Position numbers and translations under genes: made by a program | The notes under the pieces: generated by a model | What the model saw: the letters and a program-made list of their open reading frames with translations, nothing else | The model's database searches: none | What the model was told of the DNA's origin: nothing | Shown here: positions 50,158 through 63,791 of the stretch, in pieces | Numbering within the stretch: the stretch's first letter is position 1 | How the letters are laid out: every line of letters begins with the position of its first letter | Source: Podarcis bocagei | Lineage: Eukaryota | Length of the DNA: 64,000 nucleotides | Reading direction: 5' to 3' (one strand) | NCBI GenBank assembly: GCA_964188305.1 | Contig: OZ076895.1

Positions 50158-51059
50158 ACGAAGAATTGTGTTGTCCATCAGGTGCACAAGGGCAAAAGGG
50201 CCATCCTCCCAGCTACTTCAAAGGGAGGAATGGAGCCTGTGCACCCTGTAGCAGTTGTTTGGACCACACCGATGAGGTCTACCTCTCCTCTGAGAACCAT
50301 GGCTCTAGCAATTTATTTTTGGTGAACTGAATATTTGATGATCTGGCATCCTAGGGCAGTTGCCATAGTTCTAGAACTGTGACAGGGCCCACCAGTGCAG
50401 ATGCTTTCTCTGGGCACACCATTGCCCACGGCCTGGGTCCCAGCTTACCAAATGGCAGCTGTGGACAACTGGGAAGCTACCATTCAAAAGTGCCTATAAT
50501 GCCCCAGAGTGCAGCTATGCTGCTGGGGCATTAGGGGGAAATCCTATGACAGGTGACTTGCAGCCAGTCACTGCAAATTTAGGTAAAATCATGGCTGCCC
50601 TTGCTTGTAAGCCTGCTTTAGGAGAAGGGAGTTGTGATGTTGAAGGGGGTCCACTGGAGACAGGTATCTACTGCACAGAACCCCATGGTTGCTGGAAGTT
50701 GCTGCTGGCTGGAAGACAAAATAAGCCAGATGAAGATTGAAAGAAAACAAAAACAAAAAAACCCCATGAACATTAGACATTCATTCTTTCTCTGTTTTCC
50801 CCAGCAGGGAATAATTGCTGGTCAGGCCCAGGCAGGAGGTATACAGTAATAATGAGCGTAGCTGTCAGCATAAGTGACAGATATTTGCTGCTGTTCCTTC
50901 TGTTCTGTTAACACAGGAGGGACATTTTTGAATGAGAAACATTGCCATTACAATCATTATGTCCACGTGTTGCTTTCACTGCAAGCCACGGACCAAAAGA
51001 GAAGAAAGCAGACTGAGTGTAGGTATCAGAATTACAGGCTCTTTTTTCTATTGTGCATC

Positions 51060-51740
51060 AAGGCCCCATGACCACCCTGTTCCCTAAAGTGTAAATAACT
51101 AGACACCACACAGGATATTAGTTTGGGATCAAATAAGGCCACAACTTTATTGGTTAGAGAAGTGAAGTTTGGCCATAGGCATTGTGGTAAGCAACTGCAT
51201 ATATCACTCCTGCCCACCCGCTGGGAGTGTTTCTAAGGGTGAAGCTGGTGGGGGGGTGCCCTATGACCTATGTAAAATTGGGGTGTCTCCCAAGTGGTCC
51301 CCATTGTGAGGAGTGGTATGGCCCTAGCCCCCATCTAGGCATTGGAAAGGAACCACTCCTCCCAGATACCCTTACCCGTGGAGGGGCAGGCAGAGACTAC
51401 AACCTCCCCTCCAACCAAGACTAGGCTTACCCAATGCCTATCCACCTTACACAGTTGTGACGATTGCTACGAGGTAGGCAAAAGCCCAAATGGCAATGCC
51501 AATTAGCCAAGTGGAAAAAAATTCATGCCCTGCCCCCTGAAAATTAGGCGACCAACATTGTCTATAGCAAGGTCGTACCATCCATGAAAATCCTAATCTG
51601 AGGGAGGGTGAGTGGAACGCCTGCTACCTCTCGCCGCCATTGGCCCATTTAATGGCAGGAACATGATACAGTCAGTGATAGGCTAGTTTACTAGGAAGGC
51701 CCGGGGCCTGCTTGCAAAGCCACCCACCCACAAAGGGGGC
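51060..51740 (-). mobile_element. Structured non-coding repeat, probably DIRS/Ngaro-type terminal repeat (copy B)
   Basis: Core shared with 2800-3415; minus-strand AATAAAGTTGTGGCC at 51137-51151; family assignment from recall. Confidence 0.55.
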
Positions 51741-52830
51741 AAACAGACATACTAAATTTGGCTGGCTGGCATCTCAGGACTTTCAGGAACTGCTCTGCCT
51801 CCATGGTTGGAGCCAAGGAATGTTTCTGAATGCCAGTTGCTGGAAACCGCAGCAATTGGCCACTGTGAGAACAGAATGCAGGGCTATATCAATATTTTTA
51901 TAAATAAAATAAATTAGTAAGAGAACCCTGTTCCCCTTGCAGAGCTGCGGTTCCCAGAGCTCCCTGGGAAGAGGGATTGACTGTTAAGCCACTCTGAGAA
52001 TAGTAACTCTGTGAGGGAAATGCACCCTGATAGCTGAAGATGACACTTCATGGCCAAGATGAAGTAGACTGCAGTCAATTATAAGTCTGCTGCAATACTT
52101 TTTGATGTGTTCATTCACAGAGCATTCCTTGAGATGGGCATAAACATGGAAGCCCCTGCTTGTGTAGAGCTTGCAATGTTTACCAGAGTTCCCACCTAGC
52201 ACCATGGAAATACTGGACTGAAGCAAATATAATTTTCTCAGAATACTTCAGTACTCCTTATTTTCTTTGCTCTGACTGTGAATATATATTCAGTCTGTGT
52301 TGTATGCAGTCCTTTATCCCTTCACTCAGGTGGTAAACAGTACAATATAACATGGCAATGGCTGATTCCGAAGGGGGATCACAGTCCTTTTTAGAGACAC
52401 CTTCTGGCATTTGAGAAGCACACAGGCTACTCAGAAGAGAAGTGTAGGTTTCCTGGGATACTAATGGAGCCAGATCTGTCCAAAATTGCCTTTGGGCAGA
52501 TGAAAATCCAGTTGCAAAGGTTGTAGAGGTTCAGAAAATGTCCCAATTTCTTTGGCTGATAGGGAAAGAGATGTCCCTGAAGATCTGGATCTTTAATCTC
52601 CAAGGAGCAAGAGTACAGTAAACTGGCTGGCGGGCTGACAGAATACATGTAAGGGTTTGTATCTCCTCCTGCTCAAACCAAAGGTTATAAATGCTTCCCT
52701 GTCAGAAGCTTTCCCCATGTAACACTCATGCACACCTAAATAGGGAAAGTGCAGCCTGTATCTCTGCTGGCAATGCTGCAGAATGTATAGATGGAAGTAT
52801 GAATTTATAGGCCAGGATTTCATTTTAAAT

Positions 52831-53520
52831 CAGGGTTCAAGAACCTCAGGCCTGTGGGCCAAATGTGCCCCAGCAACTATTCAGCTGGCCCTCTTAAGTG
52901 CCCCCAGGCAACCCCCCTCACTGGCCCTGCTTCATATCCCATGCAGTGGCATAGAGTGGGTTGCCAGTGTCTAGGGCCACACGGAGTGGGGTGGGAGGGA
53001 AACAGAGTACGCATACACATTCAACCACCTAAAGGCATCCGCCAAACCAGGAGATCGCAGACACAGAAATAAGTAAAGAAGAGTTGTTCCATTGTCTGCA
53101 GAGATCAATCCCTGGTTTACATGGAGAAGCCATTTTCAGTGGAGCCCAGTGAAAGAAGAATGCAGCTGTATTGAGGCAGCACTGGGTTTTGAAATTTTGC
53201 ACCTCTAACAATTTTGATCCTGCGGCAACTGCCCCAGTTCCACTCCATGCTATGTTGCTAACCCCACAGGCTTTTGCCTGGCTGGAATTTGTCCTTGAAT
53301 GTGCCTATAAATGCCTGCTGCATCTATGGATGGAGATAGAAAAGGGTATGTGAGTCTGTGTGTGTAGAAACGAGCCTACTGTACTAAGGTAAGTTTTTCA
53401 TCCATTGCTCTCCCCACTTTTGCCTCTGGTGCTGCCTACCCCTGGCATCTTGCCCTAGGCAGATTGGCCAGAAGGGAATGTGGCCCCTGGGATGAAATAA
53501 AAACCCCTTCATTATCCCCA
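52831..53520. mobile_element. hAT-like non-autonomous element
   Basis: Starts cagggttcaagaacctcaggcctgtgggccaaatgtgcccc, ends near tgtggcccctggg; internal similarity to 2560-2800. Confidence 0.5.
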
Positions 53521-53950
53521 TTGTTTTTTTTTAAACAACAACAACAACTCTGGCTGTCAGCGGAAAGGTATATGTCATGGATCGTACCATGATATTAGGT
53601 GTGTTACAAACATGTCCTTATTTTCATTTGTGAAATGTTGGAAGGTACATTGAAGTAGCAGTTTTTAACTAAATGTACTCTGCAAAACAAACCACTGTTG
53701 AAAACTTATGTTAAAACACAGATAAGGACCCAGATGTTGATGGATTCCAGTTCCCATAAACTCTGATCACTGGCCATATTGCTCCAAGCTAATGGGATTT
53801 GGAGTCCCTAATAGCATATGCAGAATCACAAGTTTCCCATTGCCATGTTAAAATGTTTCTGTTTGTTTGTTTTTAAGTGGGAAGTTTTGTCTAACCTCAC
53901 TCTGGCAGACATATGCTGTAATTTTTGCTTTGGCAAATCAGGCATACTAG

Positions 53951-53954
<4 letters not shown>

Positions 53955-54022
<68 letters not shown>
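53955..54022. repeat. (CT)n(CA)n microsatellite
   Basis: Direct reading. Confidence 0.97.
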
Positions 54023-54027
<5 letters not shown>

Positions 54028-54714
54028 ATGTGCCTTTATTTTGCTAACCCATTTGCACAGCTAACAATTTTCCCTTCATCTCCATGAATGTAATAAACAA
54101 TTTTGACCAATGAATGCCTTTACAGAATGGAAACGTCTGATATTTGGAACTTGACAAATAGCATATTTTCTTATATATATCTCCCTCTCGTTGAAAATAT
54201 GACATTTTTACAACAAAGAGAAAAACTCAGCTTTCCACCCGAGGGTGAATAAGACATGCTGAACTTTATGTCATCTTTCTTGTGAAGACTCCCATCAACT
54301 GGATTGTATGAAACTTTTGGATAGAACGTAAGTGTATAGTTTGATATAATCAGACTGGCTATAGAATTTTTTTAAAAAAGCAAATAGAGTGAGCACCTAT
54401 TTCCCACATACTCCGTGTTTCAAAGACTGGACAGCAAGTGCCGTTTGGGGTTATTTTGGGGAATGATAAGAGCAGGCTATTTCTAATACCTTGCAAATCT
54501 TGATAGACACTGGAAGGATTTCGAAACATTTCTTAATCCATTTCAGCTGCATTGTATTATGCACCAAGATAAACTAAGCCATTACCACCCAGAGTTAAAT
54601 CTTAGCCTTGACTAATTCAAGTCCAGTTGATTTCAATGTGTCTACTCTAAGTATGATTAAGTTTGGATCCCATCCTGTGTGTGCCTTTCAATGCTGAATA
54701 TTTATGTAAAGGAA

Positions 54715-54800
54715 TCAATAGTCTTGTAGCCCCTTAAAGACTAGCAGAGTTATTATGACACAAACTTCTATGAACTGCTACAGTTTACTTCATCAGCTCC
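54715..54800 (-). mobile_element. Decayed Penelope-like terminal repeat with hammerhead remnant
   Basis: gtcttgtagccccttaaagacta.. and minus-strand CTGATGA-A-GTAAACTG..CAGTTCAT-AGAA. Confidence 0.55.
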
Positions 54801-57264
54801 ATCAGATCAGCTATGAAGTTTGCTGCAGATCTCAGTTATGACTCTACTTTAACCCAATCATTGTTTCTGCCTCATTGTTTTGTATTTGGGGCTCAAAAGT
54901 CTTGCCCTATTCAGAGGTGGATGCAATGCCCCACACCCAACACATCTGTACTAAGCAGGAAAAAGGAAGGAGAGATACTGTGTCCTTTTCCACCTTCTCC
55001 CTCAGAGTTTCCCAGCGATATTCTGTTGTAAGGCTATGACGTGATGTCGAGTCACATTAAATGAGACGAGATGGGAAAAGACAAACTCTAATACTCCTTG
55101 ATTGCCTTCAACCACTGTTAGCTTTGGCAATTAAGAAGACAGTGTTTCATGGGCAGCTTATGCCTTGACTATATGAATTCTGCTGTTGGAAATTCCCTGC
55201 CTTGTATAAATACCCACCTCTTGGACTTCACAATCTGGGTGAATCTGCCTGTTTGGTTTCTATTAGTTTCTTATTTTTCCAATCTACGGTTCAGTTCTCC
55301 ATATTTCCACATCAGTTTGGATTTGATAGAAAGAAGTCCTCTTGAAAATCCAGCAGTATTTTAGGGTAAATTACTCCTAATATACACATTTGCATGTCAT
55401 TTTGCGTAATATATACATTTTTGCAAAGCTATCTTTCCATGTCATTTCCACTAATACCTGCAATTTAATGCACATTTTACCACAGTACATTGCATTTTTG
55501 AACATTTTATTTGGCTGGGGAAAAATAGTTAGGAGGATTTGCTTGGTATTTTAATGCTAATAAGAAGCTAGATCATAACACTGTAGATTGGTGGGATGGA
55601 TTATGCTGTACTGAATCCCTGCCACCCATTTTATGAAACTTTTCACCAACCAGCAAAAATGAGGTGCACTTTTCTGCCACTGTGTGTGTGTGCACTTCAA
55701 CTTTCTTGCCTGCTTGCTTTGCCAGGGCTTGGTGAAAAGCACAGGAGGAACAATTTCACTCCCCATTGTGGGTCTGAGTGGTGAAGCTTTAACCAGCCCT
55801 GCCATGTTACCCCTTCCTCTTCTTTTGCTGGAAAACATCGGAGCAGGTCAGAGCACTCTGGAAACAGGAAGTACTGCCATGTTTATTGAGCTGTCTTGAA
55901 TCATAGCTCCTGGATGTATTAGCTGGTGCTCAGGCCCTGAAAACATGAGCACCATGAATGCAGAAGGGATGAATTCACAGAAAAAATGCTGACAGACAGG
56001 AGGGAGAGGACCTGGCTGGAAAGTTCAGAAGGTGCAGCAGGGCCAAGCTGAGGAAAACCATGCCTTTTCCATGAAGCTATATCATCTGCAGCTGGAAAAA
56101 CCAAGGGGGCAACTGGTGTGCCATTTCAAAAAGCTTGGAGGGATGGAACTGGCTCAAAGACTGGCAGATTACTACTCCTGCTGTAAAGTAGGAACAAATC
56201 CTATTCCCTTCTGGACAAGCTTCTGATGGCCACATGTCATGGTTGGGTGCGGCTAGAAGCAAAAGGTGGAGGAGGCAATTAATGTACAGTTTACCTTTGT
56301 ACAGTCAGCTGCTTTCTGTACATGTTCACGCACCCTTCTGTACTCCATTCAGGGAAGCAAGAGACATTATCAGAGTTACAGCCTGAACTCTGAAGCCGCT
56401 GAAGAGGATATGAAGTAACATAGTGGAGACATGTCTGGGGATGGGTGTCTGCCTTAAGGAGAATTCTTAGGGCCAGATAGAGGGACCTGGGGGGACCAAG
56501 TTCAAATATCAGTCCTAAGGACCCCTACCTGCTGTAAGATAAAAATAAAGGGAAGATTACACAACTCAACCACCTCATAAAATTATAACTTGGTTGTGAA
56601 GGTAAAAGCTGTGAAAAATCTCACTGAAGTTCTCCCACTCAACTCCCTCCCTCCGTCCCCCCCCCCCAAATGTTATGGGGATGAAGGGCAAATACCCACC
56701 AAAGCTTCCAGAGTTTTCTGATTTGAAACTCTCTCACGCTATCTGCTTGTCTACGGATCAAGTATGACTCATCTCTGTTCCTGCACATCTCCCACTTCTA
56801 GCAACTAAGTTTCCTTGAAAAGCTCACGCGCATGCTATATTTAAAGAAAATAGGTTGCAATTAAGCAAAGTTATTAATCACCATTGTGATTCACTATAAT
56901 GAGGGCAATTTGAGCATTCAATTTTTTCCCCTCCCCGAAAGCATTAAGACAGATGTATGCTTCAACAGAGTCTAACTAATGCTCAAATCCAATCTTACGC
57001 TTTCTGTAGAAGAAACCCGAGGTTTCAAAAGAAGACCTTGGAACAGCAAACACTTTGTTTTGGTTGTTTCGTAGCACTTGTATCTTTCTTTGTCATTCTC
57101 CACCATCTCAGAGGCCAGCTGGTTTGGTGACAGAATTATTCTGCCTCAGCTGTCCTCTTCAGCAGCCATTCCATCAGGCTGCAGGAGACAGAATGAGATG
57201 GGAGCAAAGGGGCTCTCCTAGCGGCTGCATTGAAAGACCAGTACCATCCATTCATTCATTCATT

Positions 57265-57578
57265 CATCCACCTCCATAGTTCTGCCCGGACACTGAGGTC
57301 CAGTGCCAAGGGCCTTCTGGTGGTTCCCTCACTGCGAGAAACCAAGTTACAGGGAATCAGGCAGAGGGCCTTCTCGGTAGTGGCACCCGCCCTGTGGAAC
57401 GCCCTGCCACCAGATGTCAAAGAGAAAAATAACTACCAAACTTTTAGAAGACATCTGAAGGCAGCCCTGTTTAGGGAAGCTTTTAATGTTTAATAGGTTA
57501 TTGTATTTTAGTGTTCTGTTGGAAGCTGCCCAGAGTGGCTTGGAAAACCCAGCCAGATGTTGCGGGGTATAAAAATAA

Positions 57579-57626
<48 letters not shown>
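57265..57626 (+). mobile_element. L2-clade LINE 3' end
   Basis: ARTLRSS..LLVVP..RQRAFSVVAPALWNALP..FRRHLKAALFREAF; (TTA)n tail at 57580-57626. Confidence 0.92.
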
Positions 57627-57628
<2 letters not shown>

Positions 57629-58489
57629 TTCAGATTATTTGGAATTTCATCCCATTCTTCACCAAGTCCCTAGGGTGGGTTACAAAAATAAGTAGTAAAT
57701 TAAGCACAATGAGCATTGCAATCATAAAATAAAACCACAAAAACAACTAAGATCAGAATAAAAAAGCAGCGGTGAGGCATAGCAATTGACAGAGGTGCAG
57801 GAGGAGAGAAAACATGCACTCAACCAAAGGCCTGGGGAAAGAGGTGTGTCCTGATCAATCATCAAACTGCATACATGGATGGTGTATTCATTTGTGTAAT
57901 TTGAGCTCATAATACTTCTTCCTTTCCCTTCACTCTTTCTATTCCATTGCAATGGCAATAGTATCAGAGTTTCCCTTTTTTTTCTTCCTCCCTCCTACGG
58001 CTCAGAAAAAAGTGTTGTGATGAACTCTTTCCTCCATTTTTTTTTCTTCCGCTGGGAAAGAGGATTCCATCTTTCTGCCTCATTCTCAGGGCACTTACTT
58101 TATCATTACTGAGGGCTGAAGCTGAGGGTAAACCTTTCTTCATCATTCTGCAGCTTCCACATTTCCTGATCTGAAAAGCCTAATGATGTCTTCCCTAGGT
58201 TGTAATGGAAGGGTAGGAACTCAGGAAGGCCATAGTTTGCATACCATTGGTGAGATGCTTGAAAGAAAGGATGCTGAAAAATACCCCTTGTAAAGTAAGC
58301 ATGACAAAAACCCTGTAGCCCACCTATAAGGAACTTCACTGAATTTTTCTACTCTCTTTGATATTTTCAGATTATTATTTTTTTATTTGTTGGATTTGCA
58401 TACAGCTCTTCAAATTTATTAAAATTTATTAAATTTGCATACAACTCTTCGTCCAGTTAGCAACAGGAAAATACAAAATGGGAACACAA

Positions 58490-58780
58490 ATTCATAATAA
58501 AACGAAAACAAACCAATAACACCTCCCCCACAAACACATTTTTAAAAGCCATGAAATGTCAATCAGCCAAATGCCTGGTTGAAGAGAAGCACTTTTGCCT
58601 GGTGCATAAATATATGTAATAAAGGGGCCAGGCAAGCCTCCCTGGGGAGAGCATCCCACAATTGGGGGGCCACCACAGAAAAGGCCTGTTCTCATGTTGT
58701 CACCCTCTGGACCTCTTGTGAAGGCGGCACACAAAGCAGGGCCTCAGATGGTGATTGCAAGGTCTGGGTGCAACAGGGTT
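58490..58780 (-). mobile_element. L2-clade LINE 3' fragment
   Basis: Minus strand reads EQAFSVVAPQLWDALP..QAKVLLF. Confidence 0.75.
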
Positions 58781-58970
58781 CTCATTAATTGATGGAGGAT
58801 GGATGAAAAAGCATAAAAGTCTTTGGCACAGCACTAACAGGACCATGGAGAGCTCCAAGGGACCTGCAGGCTGAAGCATTATCTTTTTACAGCAGCTACA
58901 GGGAAATGTTATAATCAACAGCGGCCTAGAGGCAAAATAAGCCTTTCATAGAATAGTGAAAGCTTTCATA

Positions 58971-59943
58971 GAAGCTACAGTTAGACCTGGATATGGAACA
59001 ACTGATTGGTTCAAAATTGGGAAAGGAGTACGACAAAGCTGTATATTGGCTCCCTTCTTATTTAACTTATATGCAGAATTCATCATGCGAAAGGCTGGAC
59101 TGGATGAATCCCAAACCGGAATTAAGATTGCCGGAAGAAATATCAACAACCTCAGATATGCAGATGACACAACCTTGATGGCAGAAAGTGAGGAGCAATT
59201 AAAGAACCTTTTAATGAGGGTGAAAGAGGAAAGCGCAAAATTTGGTCTGAAGCTCAACATCAAAAAAACCGAAGATCATGGCCACTGGTCTCATCACCCC
59301 CTGGCAAATAGAAGGGGAAGAAATGGAGGCGGTGAGAGATTTTACTTTCTTGGGCTCCACAATCACTGCAGATGGTGGCAGCAGTCATGAAATTAAAATA
59401 TGCCTGCTTCTTGGGAGAAAAGCAATGACAAACCTAGACAGCATCTTAAAAAGCAGAGACATCACCTTGCCAACAAAGGCCCGTATAGTTAAAGCTATGG
59501 TTTTCCCCGCAGTGATGTATGGAAGTGAGAGCTGGACCATAAAGAAGGCTGATCGCCGAAGAATTGATGCTTTTGAATTATGGTGCTGGAGGAGACTCTT
59601 GAGAGTCCCATGGACTCCAAGAAGATCGAACCTATCCATTCTTAAGGAAATCAGCCCTGAGTGCTCACTGGAAGGACAGATCCTGAAGCTGAGGCTCCAA
59701 TACTTTGGCCACCTCATAAGAAGAGAAGACTCCCTGGAAAAGACCCTGATGTTGGGAAAGATTGAGGGCACAAGGAGAAGGGGACGACAGAGGACTAGAT
59801 GGTGGGACAGTGTTCTCAAAGCTACAAACATGAGTTTGACCAAACTGCGAGAGGCAGTGGAAGACAGGAGTGCCAGGCGTGCTGTGGTCTATGGGGTCAC
59901 GAAGAGTCGGACATGACTAAACGACTAAACAACAACAACAACA
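58971..59943 (+). mobile_element. Bov-B (RTE) LINE, 5'-truncated, RT C-terminal half
   Basis: WFKIGKGVRQ, NNLRYADDTTLMAESEE, IDAFELWCWRRLLRVPWT, GVTKSRT; (CAA)n tail; one frameshift near 59262-59270. Confidence 0.97.
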
Positions 59944-61199
59944 GAACAGTGAGACTGAAAGGTTCAAGCTCTCTAGAGGAATGTCTGGGTGATTAAATGT
60001 CCTCACCTTGTTGAGTGGCCTTTGACTTCTGTGAAACTGGGAAGGTAAAAGTACTTCATGGGACACATATTATGTGTCAAACGATGGTGGCAGGGCTATA
60101 TCTTCCAACAGGGCTGGATCTTCTGCTTTTTCCACTGAGGAAGCAGCCTGAAGGCCATCTTCATCAGACTCTATCACCATGCACTGAAACATCTGCCACT
60201 CATTGATCATGATAACCTCCAGGTTCAGAAGCAGCAGGTCCCTGAATACCAGTCACTGGGGAACAAGACTGGGAGATGGCTCTTGTCCTCCTTCTCTATT
60301 TATTGGAAAATAGGCGTCTGTTTGGCCACTGTGAAGACAAGGATGCTGAACAAAACTGGCCTATGTGTTGATCTTCTTGTACTTTGTGTCTATGAATTGT
60401 TAGCTTCAGAAACATGCTAATTTAAAAAGAACATTTTTTTTTAAGTTCAGAATATTTAACTTATTTATAATGGAACATCTTCCTTAATTAAATAAACACT
60501 TCATGCAAAGAAGACAGATTTATGAATGAGTTTGTGCAGGCTTATGTGAAAGCTGAGAGTAACAGAAAATCAATTAAAAACACCTTTGACTAAATGACTG
60601 GGGGGGGGGTGTATTCCTAAGGATTATTAAACAAAAGTAATAATTAACAGTAAACAATGAACGCAGTGTAAAATAAAACAGAGAGTGAGTGAGAGAGTGG
60701 TGACAGTTCCTCTTAAACATTGTCTTAATTAATTTTATGTTGCACACCAATATAAATAACAGCTCAAGAACAAGAGTAAAGGTACAATCCAACCCAAATA
60801 TAGTGTTGTTCTCAATGGGGGGAGTGAAGCTGAGCACATTCTTCCCTTTGCCACTGAAATCGATAAGCCGTTTTTAACTGGGTGCTGGAGATATTTTTCT
60901 GTCCAGCAGTTTTGATGAAGCTGCATGCTGCTGGGTACACATTTTGGAGTATAATTAGAGACAGCAGGGGAAGCAGTGCATATCCAGGGCACTAGCAGCC
61001 TTCAGTGATGGCAGGGGAATACACAGGGCTGCTACTTAATGTATGCAACAGTCTCCCTGTTTCTCTTCTCAGGATTCTCCCTTTGATTATGGGGTTGGAA
61101 AAGAAACAGCATTTTTTCCCCAGCTCTGAAAAGGAAGGATAAAGCTGCTGCATTGGTTTACATCAGGAGTGTGCAGCTAAGGATTGCTTTGCTGGAGTA

Positions 61200-61430
61200 G
61201 ACGTCTGGCTAGCCACTAGCCAGGACCCATGCCCAAGAGCACTGTGTCCCCCATGCGGTTTGCAGCAACTCGCATTGCTGACTCCAGCAATGGAGGCAGA
61301 GCATCACCACCATGACTAGTAGCCATTGATAGCCTCATCGTCCATGAATTTGTCCCATCTGCTTTTAAAGCCATCCAAGTTGGTGGCCATTACTGCCTCT
61401 TGTGGGAGCAAATTGCATCGTTCAACTGGT
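61200..61430 (-). mobile_element. CR1-type 3' fragment
   Basis: Minus strand LLPQEAVMATNLDGFKSRWDKFM is a CR1 ORF2 C-terminus. Confidence 0.8.
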
Positions 61431-61688
61431 GGTATGTTGAGAATCAGTTGTGAAACAAAACCAGGGGAGAATAGGAGTAGATGGCTGGCAGAGGCTGATG
61501 AATAGGGAGGAATAGCCATCACAGCCAGGGGTAATCAGGTGGCAGGTGGGTGGGAGACACTAGCTGAAAAAGAAGACATAGGAAGCTATCTTATGCCAAG
61601 CCAGACCTTTGGTCCATCTAGCTAAGTATCACCTACATTGATACATGTATGGTTGGCCACATGTCTCCATCCTGGACATTTGCTTAAC

Positions 61689-62173
61689 TTCTTTCTCCTT
61701 TGGTGATCACTCGTAGCCGAGTAAGATTGTCTTTGGTAAACACGGTTTTAACAGTGAGTCCGTAAGTGACGGTGGAGGTCAATTCTGGATCCACATGTCC
61801 TTCCACAGTGGGGACATAGATTTCTGGGCGGGAGCTAATCATGGTGAGGGTTTGCCAAGTGTGCCTTCCTCTTAGCACGTTTCTCCCTTGCGTCCTGAGT
61901 TCAAGTGTCTTCAAAGTCCATGACACCTTTGGTAAAGGCTGTTCTCCAATTGAAGCGCTTGCAGGCCAGTGTTTCCCAGTTGTCGGTATTTATACAACAT
62001 TTTTTTAGATTTGCCTTGAGACAGTCTTTAAACCTCTTTTGTTGACCACATGCGTTACGCTTTCCATTTTTAAGTTCAGAATAGAGTAGTTGCTTTGGAA
62101 GACAATAATCAGGCATCCGCACAACATGACCAGTCCAACGAAGTTGATGTTGATGTTGAAGAATCATTGCTTC
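61689..62173 (-). mobile_element. 5'-truncated RTE-clade LINE (distinct from the Bov-B copy)
   Basis: QLRWTGHVVRMPD..LPKQLLYSEL..GQQKRFKD; C-terminal CPHC..H..H; 14-bp TSD gacatttgcttaac at 61675-61688 and 62174-62187. Confidence 0.93.
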
Positions 62174-63758
62174 GACATTTGCTTAACAACACCCTAGACA
62201 TGTACAGACATTCTCGTTCACCAAGGCATACACTGGATTCTTTTTAATGTGCAATTCCATTCAGAATAGTTTCCACCGAATAGTGATACATTTCAAATGC
62301 AATTAAGGAAGATCATTTAGCACATTATCTATGATAAATGAGAGCTTTAGATTACTAATGGCTTTGTGTGAACAATTGAGCTTTGGTAGGGATGTTGATT
62401 AGGAGGCAGTTGCATAATTAAGGTTTGAAGCAGGTTTCCTTTATTTTAAATCTTTTTTTTTTAAGTTCCAATTATCACATTAATTAACATGAAGGCACTT
62501 CAATGATATTCATCAGTAGAGATAGATAAAGTGGGGGCAGTCTAACATTTCCTTCTCATTCAGTATTCTGAACTGCTCCATCCATTTCAGCTATTTATTT
62601 TTGGCCAGGTTTGAAGACTATCAGAAGAGTCTCTGGAATGTGCAATTTGAAATCCAAGGCATATTCGGAAGATACCTTCTTTGCAATTTTAATATTATTA
62701 TTATTATGGACATACCATAGCTCAAGAATAGTTTGCCCTAGAAATTTCAAGTGTGGCTTTTTCAGGGGGTCTTATTTATTTATTTTACTCTACTTAGTGG
62801 ATAGGACTTCTGGTGTGTTGCTGTTTTTATTTTTGGTAGTTATTAGCTGCTGTGCTAGAGAGAGAAACATAATTTGTCACCTGTTGAGATTCAGCATACC
62901 TGATTACTGTCACCACAGTTGCATTGGAGTTGCACAGACTTAAATGACAGGTTGGCACAGAATTTTTTAATGGATTTTTGAAGGGTCACCAGTGGTTTCC
63001 CCCACCTGACAGGACTCCCTTGCTCTTACATGCTCCTGTCAAGCAAACATTTCATAGGCAAAGCTTTTGCCTGTATTTGCAATATGCATTTAAAGAGGTA
63101 GTACTTTTGTAGTAGGAATATTATTCCATTTGTCATACTGGTTCCCTGGCCGGTTTTCAAAAATGCTGTTTGCTTGTTTGTTTGTTGTTATATTGCTGTT
63201 GCTATTGCTGTTGTGCTTTGTTCATAGCTGGGGAAGCAAGTAATCAAGAGAATAAGATAATATATACAATGAGTCTTTCCTCAGTGGAGATCAGGGTGGG
63301 GTGCATCCCATTTTATTCTGTTATTACATTGAGGGAAACAGTGATTTACTCAAGGTGCTGAGCAGGGATTTTTGAACTGAGGTGTCCAAGGTCAACACTC
63401 CAGCTACACAGCACTGCCATACTGGTTTTACTTATTTAGCAAAGCATTTTCTAACCGAAAAGAATGAGATACAGCCAGGATCCTGTAAGGGTTGCTGAGT
63501 TATTACATTGCAAGGCTAACAGTGCCCCTTCCTGCTTCCAATGTGTGTGACAGCCATGCCCCACACAAGTGATCCCTACAGAGGCTGCCTGCAAATACGA
63601 GACTTACTCCCAGGTGAGCACGTAAGCATGTATATGACTGCTGTCTTAACACACTTATTTTCCTTTCCCTGTTTCATTCTTTTGTGCCATGTATGGCAAC
63701 CTGTTCTGGCTGTGCCCTGTTTATTCTTCATACACCAGCCACAGAATTTTGCTCCTAC

Positions 63759-63759
63759 T

Positions 63760-63790
<31 letters not shown>
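63759..63790. repeat. (ATCA)n microsatellite
   Basis: Direct reading. Confidence 0.93.

Positions 63791-63791
<1 letters not shown>

Noticed and set aside
59385-59843. 152-aa minus-strand ORF
   Set aside because: Antisense shadow of the Bov-B RT frame
10990-62173. Strand bias of retroelements indicating a host intron direction
   Set aside because: L1, L2, RTE and SINE copies occur on both strands; only the three LTRs agree
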